NCBI GenBank assembly: GCA_045863235.1
Contig: BTUM01000004.1
Location: 128,001 to 192,000 of the forward strand
Source: Candidatus Xenobia bacterium
GTDB taxonomy: Bacteria; Vulcanimicrobiota; Xenobia; Xenobiales; QWHO01
Reading direction: 5' to 3'
DNA: 64,000 nt
In this document: one piece after another, positions 1 through 8,161 of the stretch
Layout: each line of letters opens with the position of its first letter
Numbering within the stretch: position 1 is the first letter of the stretch
Program-made: the position numbers and the translations under genes
Notes under the pieces: generated by a model
Told to the model about the DNA's origin: nothing
Seen by the model: only the letters and a program-made list of their open reading frames with translations
Database searches by the model: none

Positions 1-36
1 CCCCATCACAGCAGCTTTCCCAAGGAGGACCTTCCG

Positions 37-1434
37 ATGCGCATCCTGATCCAGAACGGTGAAGTCGTCACCGCGTCCGACCAGTTCAAGGCCGAGGTGC
101 TCATCGAGGGCGAGAAGGTCGTAGCCGTGGGCCAGAACCTGGGAGTCACCAACGCCGACAAGGTCTACGACGCCACCGGCCACCTGGTCATCCCGGGAGG
201 CATCGACGTCCACTGTCACCTGGACATGCCGTTCATGGGCACGCGCAGCAAGGACGACTTCTTCACCGGCACGAGGGCCGCCATCTCGGGCGGCACCACC
301 TCCATCATCGAGTTTTGCATCCCGACCAAAGGCGGCACCATCAAGCAGGCGCTGGCTGACTGGGATGCCAAGAGCGCCCCCAAAGCCTGCTGCGACTATT
401 CCTTCCACATGGCCATCGTGGACTGGAACGAGGGCATCCGCAAGGAGCTCGACGCGGTCTTCGAGCGGGGCATCACCAGCTTCAAAGTATTCACCGCCTA
501 CAAGGGCGCCCTGATGCTCTCCGACGAGGAGATCTTCCGCCTGATGCTGGAGGTCAAGGCCCGAGGCGGCCTGGTCACGGCCCACGCCGTCAACGGTGAT
601 GTTTTGACCGTGCTGGCCGACAAGTTCGCCGCCGAGGGCAAGCTGACCCCGCACTATCACCCCCTCTGCCAGCCCGGCTACGCCGAGGGCGAGGCCACCG
701 GGCGCATCCTCGAGCTCGGCAACCTGGCCGGACAACCCGCCTACATCGTCCACATGACCGCCAAGGAAGCGGTGGAGGAGCTGGTGCGGGCCCGCGCTCG
801 CGGCTGGGAGTCGTTCGGGGAGGTGTGCACTCAGCACCTCACCCTGGACGACAGCCTCTATGATCTGCCCGACTTCGAGGGCGCCAAGTACGTGATGAGC
901 CCTCCCCTTCGCAAGAAGGCCGACCAGGAAGCGTTGTGGGCCGCTCTGGCCAACGGCACCATCCAGGTGGTGGGCACCGACCACTGCACCTTCGACTTCA
1001 AGGGCGGCAAGGACATGGGCAAGGACGACTTCCGCAAGATCCCCAACGGGCTCAACGGCATCGAGGAGCGGATGAACATGCTCTTCAGCTACGGGGTCAA
1101 GTCGGGCAAGATCCCCATGACCAGATTCGTCGAGGTGACCGCCACCAACCCGGCCAAGATCTTCGGGCTCTACCCCCAGAAGGGGCACATCTCCCCCGGA
1201 GCCGACGCCGACGTGGTCATCTACAACCCCAACAAGGAAGGCGTGATCTCCGCCAAGACCCACAATTCGGCCTGCGACTACAACGTTTACGAGGGCTGGA
1301 AGATCCTGGGCGCCCCTCACACCGTCTTCGTGCGCGGCAAGGTGGCCTACGAGAACGGCAAGTTCGTGGGCGAGGCAGGCAACGGCAAGTTCCTGGCCCG
1401 GGCCGCCGGCAAACCCCAACTGGCCATGGTCTAA
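37..1434 (+). CDS. hydA: Dihydropyrimidinase (amidohydrolase family)
   Basis: PGGIDVHCH metal motif, GITSFK carbamylated Lys, YVMSPPLR, GTDHC, IPNG motifs; RBS AAGGAGG upstream. Confidence 0.93.
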   Translation: MRILIQNGEVVTASDQFKAEVLIEGEKVVAVGQNLGVTNADKVYDATGHLVIPGGIDVHCHLDMPFMGTRSKDDFFTGTRAAISGGTTSIIEFCIPTKGGTIKQALADWDAKSAPKACCDYSFHMAIVDWNEGIRKELDAVFERGITSFKVFTAYKGALMLSDEEIFRLMLEVKARGGLVTAHAVNGDVLTVLADKFAAEGKLTPHYHPLCQPGYAEGEATGRILELGNLAGQPAYIVHMTAKEAVEELVRARARGWESFGEVCTQHLTLDDSLYDLPDFEGAKYVMSPPLRKKADQEALWAALANGTIQVVGTDHCTFDFKGGKDMGKDDFRKIPNGLNGIEERMNMLFSYGVKSGKIPMTRFVEVTATNPAKIFGLYPQKGHISPGADADVVIYNPNKEGVISAKTHNSACDYNVYEGWKILGAPHTVFVRGKVAYENGKFVGEAGNGKFLARAAGKPQLAMV

Positions 1435-2231
1435 GGCACGGGCTGGCTGTCGATGGTGGGCTCGCTGCCGGGCACCCAACCCGGCACCGAGTCGTCGGCC
1501 GGCACGCTCTGCACCGGAGCCTGAGGGGGCGCCGCGTTGGGATCGGGCGGCAGCCAGCTGGGCTCGGTGTTGTCGTCGGGCGGCACCGGCTGGTTGCTGG
1601 CATCCTTCCACACCGACCCGTCAGGATTGGGCATGGGCACCGTGGCGGCCGGAGGCTCGGAAGCCGGAGGCGGCCCGTCGGCCGCCGGTGGCGTGTCCTC
1701 GGGCACCGGAGCCTCCTCCTCGGTGACCACCTCCTCGTCGGCAGGCACGCTCTCCTCGCCTCCCGCGGTGGCCTCGGGCACCGGGTCGTCCCCGGAGTCT
1801 TCCGACTGCTCGCCATCGAGCATCTTGACCTTGACGTTCACCTTGACCTTGACGTAGGCCTCGGGCTTCTTGCGAAACTCGGCCAGGCACTCGGCGTGGG
1901 CAAAATACAGGGTCTTGCCGTAGTGGTCGGTGCGGTAGGGGGCGGTGTCGTCCACCGGAGCCCCGCAGACCAGGTCGATGAGCGGCGTGCCGTCGGCTGA
2001 AAGGGGCACCTCACGAGGGCGCGAGACATTGGGAGGGGCGGGCGTGAGGGCCACCGCCGCCCCCTGCGTGGCAGGCTTGCCCCCCAGCAAGGTGGCGCAA
2101 TAGACGGCCAGTCCCAGCACCAGGCCCCCCGTGGCCAGAAGCGCCCAGCGCTGGTGAGGCTTGAGGGGCGGCTCGTTGGAGGGCATGCGCTTAATGCGCA
2201 CCTTCAGGGTTTCATCGCTCAGCGGGGGCAC
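1431..2231 (-). CDS. Membrane-anchored YHS-domain protein with acidic/Pro-rich C-terminal tail
   Basis: One TM helix, then DLVCGAPV...YGKTLYFAHAECLAEFRKKPEAY (YHS-like), then low-complexity D/E/P tail; GTG start uncertain. Confidence 0.7.
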   Translation of the reverse strand: MPPLSDETLKVRIKRMPSNEPPLKPHQRWALLATGGLVLGLAVYCATLLGGKPATQGAAVALTPAPPNVSRPREVPLSADGTPLIDLVCGAPVDDTAPYRTDHYGKTLYFAHAECLAEFRKKPEAYVKVKVNVKVKMLDGEQSEDSGDDPVPEATAGGEESVPADEEVVTEEEAPVPEDTPPAADGPPPASEPPAATVPMPNPDGSVWKDASNQPVPPDDNTEPSWLPPDPNAAPPQAPVQSVPADDSVPGWVPGSEPTIDSQPVP

Positions 2232-2241
2232 AGGTCTATGA

Positions 2242-2266
2242 ATTCGCGGCCCTGAGAGCCGCTCCT
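2242..2266 (-). promoter_or_regulatory. Putative sigmaH/ECF-like promoter AGGA-N17-GAAT
   Basis: Minus strand reads AGGA GCGGCTCTCAGGGCCGC GAAT just upstream of the 2231 start; same pattern recurs elsewhere. Confidence 0.45.
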
Positions 2267-2282
2267 GTGAGCGCCGCTCTGC

Positions 2283-3101
2283 TCAGGACTCGAGCTCTTT
2301 GAGAGCGGCCTGTTGGGCTGAGCGCGACTCTTGCAAGAGGACGCGCGAGACCCGCCGCAGACGGCTGAGCGAGTCGGGAGACGGGTCCTGGCCCATCAGC
2401 GCGATGGCCTCGGCCACCCTTTGCAGGGCCTCGAGCTCGCCCAGGTAAGCCTTATGGGCCGCTCCCCCTTTCACCGCGCCGGCCTCCTTGCGAAGCTTGG
2501 AGACCTCACGCGTGAGCTTCTCCCCCTCCCGGGCCAGCAGGCCCAGATCGGGCTCTTTGGTGTTGCCCTGGTAGACCAGCTGTTGCAAGCGACCCGAAAG
2601 CTCGGCCTCGCGCCGCTGGATGGGGAGGATCCTGGCCTGCCAGGCATAGTAGCCGGCCGGCCCGCCCGGCGAAAGACGGGGAAGCCACTGCTGGCGGGCG
2701 CTCAGCCAGTCCAGCTGAGCCAGGCTCAGGATGCGGTTGAGCTCGTGCGAAAAGACCTGCACGCTGGCGCGATCGGACTTGCCGGCCTGCAGGAAGGTGG
2801 CGATGCGTTTCAGAGCCTGCAGGTGGGCCTTGGAGCGGGCCAGGGCGGCCATCCGGTAGCCGACCAGGGACTTGTGAAAGGGGGCCCGGCTCAGCTTGTC
2901 CTGGTATGCCAGCACCGCTTCCTCGCGCACCTTCAGCTTCTCCAACGCTTTAGGGGCGGAGATCCGGCCGCTCAACCAATCTTCCAGCAGGTTGCCACTC
3001 TCGGCCACGGCTTCGGCCTGCCCGTCCACGAAGCGCTGCACGGCGAGGTCGTAGCGCCAGGCGGGCGTCTGGGCCAGCGCCAGGGGGGCCAGCAGCAGCA
3101 C
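2283..3101 (-). CDS. Hypothetical secreted alpha-helical protein
   Basis: Signal-peptide-like N-terminus (LLLAPLALA|Q); fills the gap between genes; real start may be slightly upstream (3119). Confidence 0.65.
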   Translation of the reverse strand: MLLLAPLALAQTPAWRYDLAVQRFVDGQAEAVAESGNLLEDWLSGRISAPKALEKLKVREEAVLAYQDKLSRAPFHKSLVGYRMAALARSKAHLQALKRIATFLQAGKSDRASVQVFSHELNRILSLAQLDWLSARQQWLPRLSPGGPAGYYAWQARILPIQRREAELSGRLQQLVYQGNTKEPDLGLLAREGEKLTREVSKLRKEAGAVKGGAAHKAYLGELEALQRVAEAIALMGQDPSPDSLSRLRRVSRVLLQESRSAQQAALKELES

Positions 3102-3114
3102 CAGGACCAGGGCT

Positions 3115-4476
3115 CTAATTGGTCAACCCCTGCAAAGGCGAAGGGATGCGTCCCCCCCGCAGCACGAATTCGCGGGCTGCAAAGCGGTGAACCGGCAGGA
3201 TGGGCGAGGCTCCCAGCAGGCCGCCGTAGTCGACCGACTCGCCGGCCCGCTTGCCAGGCACGGGCAGCAGACGGACGGCGGTGGTCTTGTTGTTCACCAT
3301 GCCGATGACCATCTCGTCGGCCATGATGGCCGACAGCGTCTCGGGTGTGGTGTCGCCAGGCACCACCACCATGTCCAGGCCCACCGAGCAGACCGCGGTC
3401 ATGGCCTCGAGCTTGTCGATGGTCAGGGCGCCCATGCTGACCGAGCGGGCCATCTCGGCGTCCTCGCTGACGGGAATGAAAGCACCGCTCAGCCCGCCCA
3501 CGCTGGAGGAGGCCATGGCCCCGCCCCGCTTGACGGCGTCGTTGAGCAGGGCCAGCGCGGCCGTAGTGCCGTGGGTGCCGCACTTCTCCAGGCCCATGGC
3601 CTCCAGCACCTCGGCCACCGAGTCTCCCGCGGCCGGGGTGGGAGCCAGCGACAGGTCCACGATGCCGAAGCGCACGCCCAGGCGACGCGAGACCTCGCGG
3701 CCCACCAGCTCGCCCATGCGGGTGATCTTGAAAGCGGTGCGCTTGATGGTTTCAGCCAGATCCTGCAGGGGAGCACCGTGCATCTGGCGCACCGCCGCAG
3801 CCACCACGCCCGGACCGCTGATGCCCACGTTGATGGAGATCTCGGCCTCGCCGGTGCCGTGCATGGCCCCGGCAATGAAAGGGTTGTCCTCGGGCTGGTT
3901 GCAGAACGTGACCAGCCGGGCGCAGGGGCCGCCCTGCAGCTCGGGGCGCAGGTGGGCGGTGCGGTGGATCACCTGGCCCATGTGCAACACCGCATCCATG
4001 TTCACACCGGCCCGGGTGGAGGCCACCGAGATCGAGGAGCACACGCGAGAGGTGGCGTTGAGGGCCTCGGGCAGCGAATCGATCAACACCCGATCGCCGT
4101 CCTTGTAGCCTTTGTGGACCTGAGCCGAGAAGCCGCCCAGGTAGTCGATGCCCACCGCTTCGGCGGCCCGATCCAGGGCCAGGGCCAGGGGGGTGTAGTC
4201 CCTGGCGCCCGTGGAGGCGGCGATGTAGGCCGCCGGCGAGATGGAGACCCGCTTGTTGACGATGGGGATGCCGAACTCTTCCGACACCGCCTCCACCGTG
4301 GGCACCAGCTTCTCGGCCGAGCGCAGGATCTTGCGCACCACCCGCTCGCACACGGAGCGCATGTCGGTGGCGCAGCAATCGAACAGGCTGATGCCCATCG
4401 TGACGGTGCGCACGTCGAGGTGCTGCTCCTCGAACATGCGCAGGGTTTCAAGAATCTCTTCGGAGGACAACCACAT
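3115..4476 (-). CDS. UPF0210/DUF711 'PFL family' protein
   Basis: LDVRTVTMGISL, EFGIPIVNKRVS, NVGISGPGVV, VDLSLAPTP, GGLSGAFIPVSED, KLEAMTAVCSVGLDM; start placed at MWLSSEE. Confidence 0.9.
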   Translation of the reverse strand: MWLSSEEILETLRMFEEQHLDVRTVTMGISLFDCCATDMRSVCERVVRKILRSAEKLVPTVEAVSEEFGIPIVNKRVSISPAAYIAASTGARDYTPLALALDRAAEAVGIDYLGGFSAQVHKGYKDGDRVLIDSLPEALNATSRVCSSISVASTRAGVNMDAVLHMGQVIHRTAHLRPELQGGPCARLVTFCNQPEDNPFIAGAMHGTGEAEISINVGISGPGVVAAAVRQMHGAPLQDLAETIKRTAFKITRMGELVGREVSRRLGVRFGIVDLSLAPTPAAGDSVAEVLEAMGLEKCGTHGTTAALALLNDAVKRGGAMASSSVGGLSGAFIPVSEDAEMARSVSMGALTIDKLEAMTAVCSVGLDMVVVPGDTTPETLSAIMADEMVIGMVNNKTTAVRLLPVPGKRAGESVDYGGLLGASPILPVHRFAAREFVLRGGRIPSPLQGLTN

Positions 4477-4592
4477 GGCGCACCCGGCTTCGCGAACGGG
4501 GACCGGAGGCCTGCCTGGGGGATGCTGGGCACCATGGAGGCTCTGGCCAGGCGGCTTCGAAAGCTGCAAGCATCCCCGGAAAGGAGCCCAGA

Positions 4593-4961
4593 ATGGTAAG
4601 ACGGATCGGATTGAGCCTGTCCTGCCTGCTGCTGCTGGCGATCCCCGCCATGGCACAGGTGGTGGACCTGCCCGCCGGAGCCGACAAGGTGGAAAAGCAC
4701 CTGGTTTCCGGCAAGACCACCATCGTGGAGTTCTACGCCGACTGGTGAGGGCCGTGTAAGAGAATGGCCCCCAGTTTGGAGGCCTACGCCAAGAATTCCG
4801 CCAACAAGACCGCCCTGCTCAAGATCAACGTTGACAACCACAGCGATCTGAGCGACAACATGGGAGTGCGTTCCATTCCCGCCTTCTTCATCTATGACGC
4901 CAAAGGCAAGCTGATCAAGCAGGGGCCTGACGCGCGCAGCTGGGTCGAGGAGAAGATCTGA
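4593..4961 (+). CDS. Exported thioredoxin with selenocysteine active site (WUGPC), 122 aa
   Basis: RBS AAGGAG 4581-4586, ATG 4593, signal peptide MVRRIGLSLSCLLLLAIPAMA, then IVEFYADW-TGA-GPCKRMAP...INVD...GVRSIPAFF; TGA 4746-4748 is in frame at the CxxC first-Cys position. Confidence 0.85.
4766..4784 (+). promoter_or_regulatory. Candidate bacterial SECIS hairpin
   Basis: GGCC-C-CCA-GTT-TGG-A-GGCC stem-loop with apical G(U) about 26 nt 3' of the UGA; an alternative stem GGGCCGT/ATGGCCC lies directly after the UGA. Confidence 0.55.
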
Positions 4962-4966
4962 CCCTG

Positions 4967-4995
4967 GCGGTGCTCAGGCAGCGCCTGGGCACCGC
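4967..4995. terminator. Hairpin between convergent thioredoxin and ACT genes
   Basis: 13-bp stem GCGGTGCTCAGGC/GCCTGGGCACCGC with 3-nt loop; no U tract. Confidence 0.55.
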
Positions 4996-5352
4996 TCAGA
5001 TCCGGTGCATGTAGGCGAAGATCTCCTCGCGCTGCAGGCGAAAGCGCACCCCCAGCGGACGAGACTCGACCTCCAGGCGCTCGCGCAGCTCAGCCAGGTT
5101 GGCCGCCGAGCAGTTGTCCACCTCGGCCGACAGAATCAGGGTGAAGCACTTTTGCTGCTCCACCGTGTCGGCCCGCAACACCCGCACCCCGTTGCGGGCC
5201 AGCAGATCGTGCACCCGGGTGGCCAGATCGGCGTGAGCCTGCGAGCCGACCTGATAGCGAGCCTCTCCCAGCACGATGTGGCGCGGTTCGGCGGCCGGGT
5301 AGCAGAGCCCGTCCGGCCCGTAGACCGCCAGTATCAGTCGGCATCCATTCAT
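4996..5352 (-). CDS. ACT-domain protein (UPF0237-like)
   Basis: C-terminal QREEIFAYMHRI is typical of UPF0237 proteins, the usual partner of UPF0210. Confidence 0.75.
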   Translation of the reverse strand: MNGCRLILAVYGPDGLCYPAAEPRHIVLGEARYQVGSQAHADLATRVHDLLARNGVRVLRADTVEQQKCFTLILSAEVDNCSAANLAELRERLEVESRPLGVRFRLQREEIFAYMHRI

Positions 5353-5401
5353 GGGGCGGGGACCTTCCCCATCGCGCGCTTCTCCCCTGCCCGGCGGGGC
5401 A

Positions 5402-7996
5402 TCAGCGCTTCACGCGCACCACGGTGACCCCCCAACCTCCCTCGTGCACCTCGCCCAGGCGGTGCTCGAGCACCATGGGGTGCCCTTTCAGGTGGCGCTG
5501 GATCGCCTGGCGCAAGGCGCCGGTTCCCTTGCCGTGGATCAGCTCCACCCTCTCGGCCCCGGCCATGGAGGCGCTGTCGAGGTAACGATCCACCTCCATC
5601 AGCGCCTCGTCCGCCGTCAACCCGCGCAGGTCCAGCCGGGTGCTCAGGGTGGCCGCACGCGACTCGGGCAGGTGGCCCACCTGACCCTGACTCTTCGTCT
5701 CGACCGGATCGCACTCGTCGCGCGGCACGGTAATGCGCACCGCCCCCACGCGGACTTCCACCTTGTCGTCCTTGCTCGTGAGCACCGTGCCCTCCTGGCC
5801 GAAACGGCGCACGTAGACGGTGGTTCCCGGCTCCAGTGGACCGCCCTCGGCCGGGGTCGGCTTGATGCGCAGCGGAGCCAGCTCGCTGACCAGCGCGTTG
5901 AGCTCCATCTGCAGCGCTCGGGCGTCAGCCCTCACCTCTTCGTCCACCTCGTCGGGAGGCGGCAACTCAGGCCGCGGGGGCTCGGGAGTCTCGGTGCTGG
6001 TGGGCAGGTCCTCCTCCTCCCAGGGGGTCTCGGGGTCCTCGTGGGGGGCCACCCGGGCCCGCTCAGCGGCCACCTCGGCCACCAGCCTGGCGGCCTCGGC
6101 CGACAGCTCCTCCACATCGGTCGAATCGCTCACCAGCCGGGCGGCCAGCTCGCGAGCCAGCCTGCGTGACTCTTCCAGCGCCTCCTTGCGGGCCTGGCCC
6201 AGAGCGGCCAGCTTCTTGCGAAAGTCGGCCAGCAAGCCCTGCACGTTGTCGCGCGCTTCGCTGAGCAGCTTCTCGGCCTGGCGGGCGGCCTCGTCCAGCT
6301 TCTCCTTCTTCTCCTGCTCCACCAGCGCCAGGCGCGCTTCGTACTCCTGGCGCAGGCGGGTCACCTGGCTCGACTCCTGCTCGAGCTGTTGGCCCAGCCT
6401 GTGGGCCGTCTCGCGCTCTTGCTCGAGGTCGTCGAGCAGCCCTTCCACCTCGTCGTGGCTCTGCCCCAAAAGCTCTCTCGCGCGGCGCAGCACGCTGGCC
6501 GGCAGGCCCAGCTGGCTTGCGATCTGAAGGGCGTTGGAGCGTCCCGGGACGCCCATCAGCACGCGGTAGGTGGGCTGCAGCGACCGGGTATCGAACTCGA
6601 CGGCGGCGTTCTCCATCCCCTCGGTCTGGGCCGCGAAGGCCTTCAGCTCGGAGAGGTGGGTGGTCACGACGGTGCGCGTGCCGCGCCCGTGCAGGTACTC
6701 CAGCAAGGCCATCCCCAGCGCTCCGCCCTCGGAGGGGTCGGTGCCCGCCCCCAGCTCGTCGAGCAGCACCAGCGTCTCGGGTCCGGCCGCCGGGAGGATG
6801 CGCAGAATCTGGGTCAGGTGGGCCGAGAAAGTGGACAGGCTCTGGGCGATGGACTGCTCGTCGCCGATGTCGGCCCACACCGCTCGCAGAAACGGGATGC
6901 TCGAACCCGAGGCGCAGGGCACCGGGCAACCTGACAGGCCCATCAGCACCGACAGGCCCACGCATTTGAGGGTGACCGTCTTGCCACCCGTGTTGGGGCC
7001 GGTGACCACCAGGGTATCGAACCCCTGGCCCACCTCGATGGAGATGGGGATGACGTGCCCTCTGAGCAGGGGATGGCGGGCCTGGTTGAGCCGGATCGTG
7101 CCCTCCTGGTTGATCTCGGGCAGCTGGGCCCGGGCGTCCTGGGCGTAGCGCCCCAGCCCGCAGAGAAAGTCGAAGTGACCCAGCTCGTCGCAGGCCATGG
7201 CCAGCTCGTCGGCGTGGTAGCCCACCAGGGCCGACAGGCGGGCCAGGATGGCCTCCATCTCCTTCTTCTCGGCCAACCGCACCGAGCGCAGCTGGTTGCC
7301 CTGCTCCACCAGGGAGAATGGCTCCATGAAGAGGGTGGCGCCGCTGGCCGACTGGTCGATCACAAGTCCCGGAAAGGCGCTGCGATACTCCGACTTGACC
7401 GGCACCACGTGCCGCCCCATGCGCTGGGTGATGATGGGCTCCTGCAGCATCTTGGCCAGGTCGCTCTCGCGCAAAATGGCGCCCAGGCTGCGCTGCATGC
7501 GCGCCTCCAGAGAGCGGATCTCCTCGCGCAGGGCTCGCAGCTTCGGGCTGGCCGAGTCGAGCATGCGGGCGTCGGGACCGAAGCAGCGGGCCACCTCGGA
7601 CTCGATCTTGGGGAAGGGGATCAGCACCACGCCCCGGTCAGCCAGGCGCGGAAAGCGGTCGGCCCGCTCTTTCAGGGCCCGCCCGACCTGCCGGCTCACT
7701 CCGGCCACCTCGCGGATCTGCATGAGCACCTCTGGCTCGAGGGAGGAGCCAAGCTGGGCCTGCTGGATGGCCGGGCGCACGTCCTCGAGCCCGCCCAGGG
7801 GGGGGTTGTAGCCCTCGTCGAGCAGCCGGATGGCCTCGGCCACGTCGTTCTGGCGCTCTTGCAGCTCGTCGAGCGAGGTGGCCGGCAACAGAGCCTCCAT
7901 GCGCTCGCGCCCGGGCGGCCAGTGGGTCTTGCCCGCCAGGATCTCGAGCACGGCCGGGAACTCCAGCACGCGCAGGGTTTGCAGGTCTTGCAGCAT
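5402..7996 (-). CDS. mutS2: Endonuclease MutS2
   Basis: TLRVLEF N-terminus, DQSASGATLFMEP, Walker A TGPNTGGKT, DIGDEQSIAQSLSTFS, DELGAGTDP, C-terminal Smr domain (LDLRG...IHGKGTGALR). Confidence 0.95.
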   Translation of the reverse strand: MLQDLQTLRVLEFPAVLEILAGKTHWPPGRERMEALLPATSLDELQERQNDVAEAIRLLDEGYNPPLGGLEDVRPAIQQAQLGSSLEPEVLMQIREVAGVSRQVGRALKERADRFPRLADRGVVLIPFPKIESEVARCFGPDARMLDSASPKLRALREEIRSLEARMQRSLGAILRESDLAKMLQEPIITQRMGRHVVPVKSEYRSAFPGLVIDQSASGATLFMEPFSLVEQGNQLRSVRLAEKKEMEAILARLSALVGYHADELAMACDELGHFDFLCGLGRYAQDARAQLPEINQEGTIRLNQARHPLLRGHVIPISIEVGQGFDTLVVTGPNTGGKTVTLKCVGLSVLMGLSGCPVPCASGSSIPFLRAVWADIGDEQSIAQSLSTFSAHLTQILRILPAAGPETLVLLDELGAGTDPSEGGALGMALLEYLHGRGTRTVVTTHLSELKAFAAQTEGMENAAVEFDTRSLQPTYRVLMGVPGRSNALQIASQLGLPASVLRRARELLGQSHDEVEGLLDDLEQERETAHRLGQQLEQESSQVTRLRQEYEARLALVEQEKKEKLDEAARQAEKLLSEARDNVQGLLADFRKKLAALGQARKEALEESRRLARELAARLVSDSTDVEELSAEAARLVAEVAAERARVAPHEDPETPWEEEDLPTSTETPEPPRPELPPPDEVDEEVRADARALQMELNALVSELAPLRIKPTPAEGGPLEPGTTVYVRRFGQEGTVLTSKDDKVEVRVGAVRITVPRDECDPVETKSQGQVGHLPESRAATLSTRLDLRGLTADEALMEVDRYLDSASMAGAERVELIHGKGTGALRQAIQRHLKGHPMVLEHRLGEVHEGGWGVTVVRVKR

Positions 7997-8071
7997 CGCG
8001 CTCGGAGATTCTCGCCGGAGGGGTGGATTTCCGCCTGGCACGGCCAAGTCGAGAACGGAACTGGCGTTAGA

Positions 8072-8114
8072 GCGTTCTGTGAGGCTTTCACGGAGGCGAA
8101 ACTCCTGCCGAACA
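8072..8114. repeat. Dispersed intergenic hairpin repeat, copy 1
   Basis: GCGTTCTGTGAGGCTTTCACGGAGGCGAAACTCCTGCCGAACA; last 30 nt identical to 21670-21699. Confidence 0.85.
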
Positions 8115-8161
8115 ACGAGGCGGTGAGGGAGGGACGTGCCCACCGGCGAACCAGACGATCG

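Noticed and set aside
4764..4961. 65-aa ORF as a stand-alone gene or thioredoxin pseudogene
   Set aside because: It is the C-terminal half of the UGA read-through thioredoxin. A stop exactly at the catalytic Cys with an otherwise intact gene favours Sec over decay.
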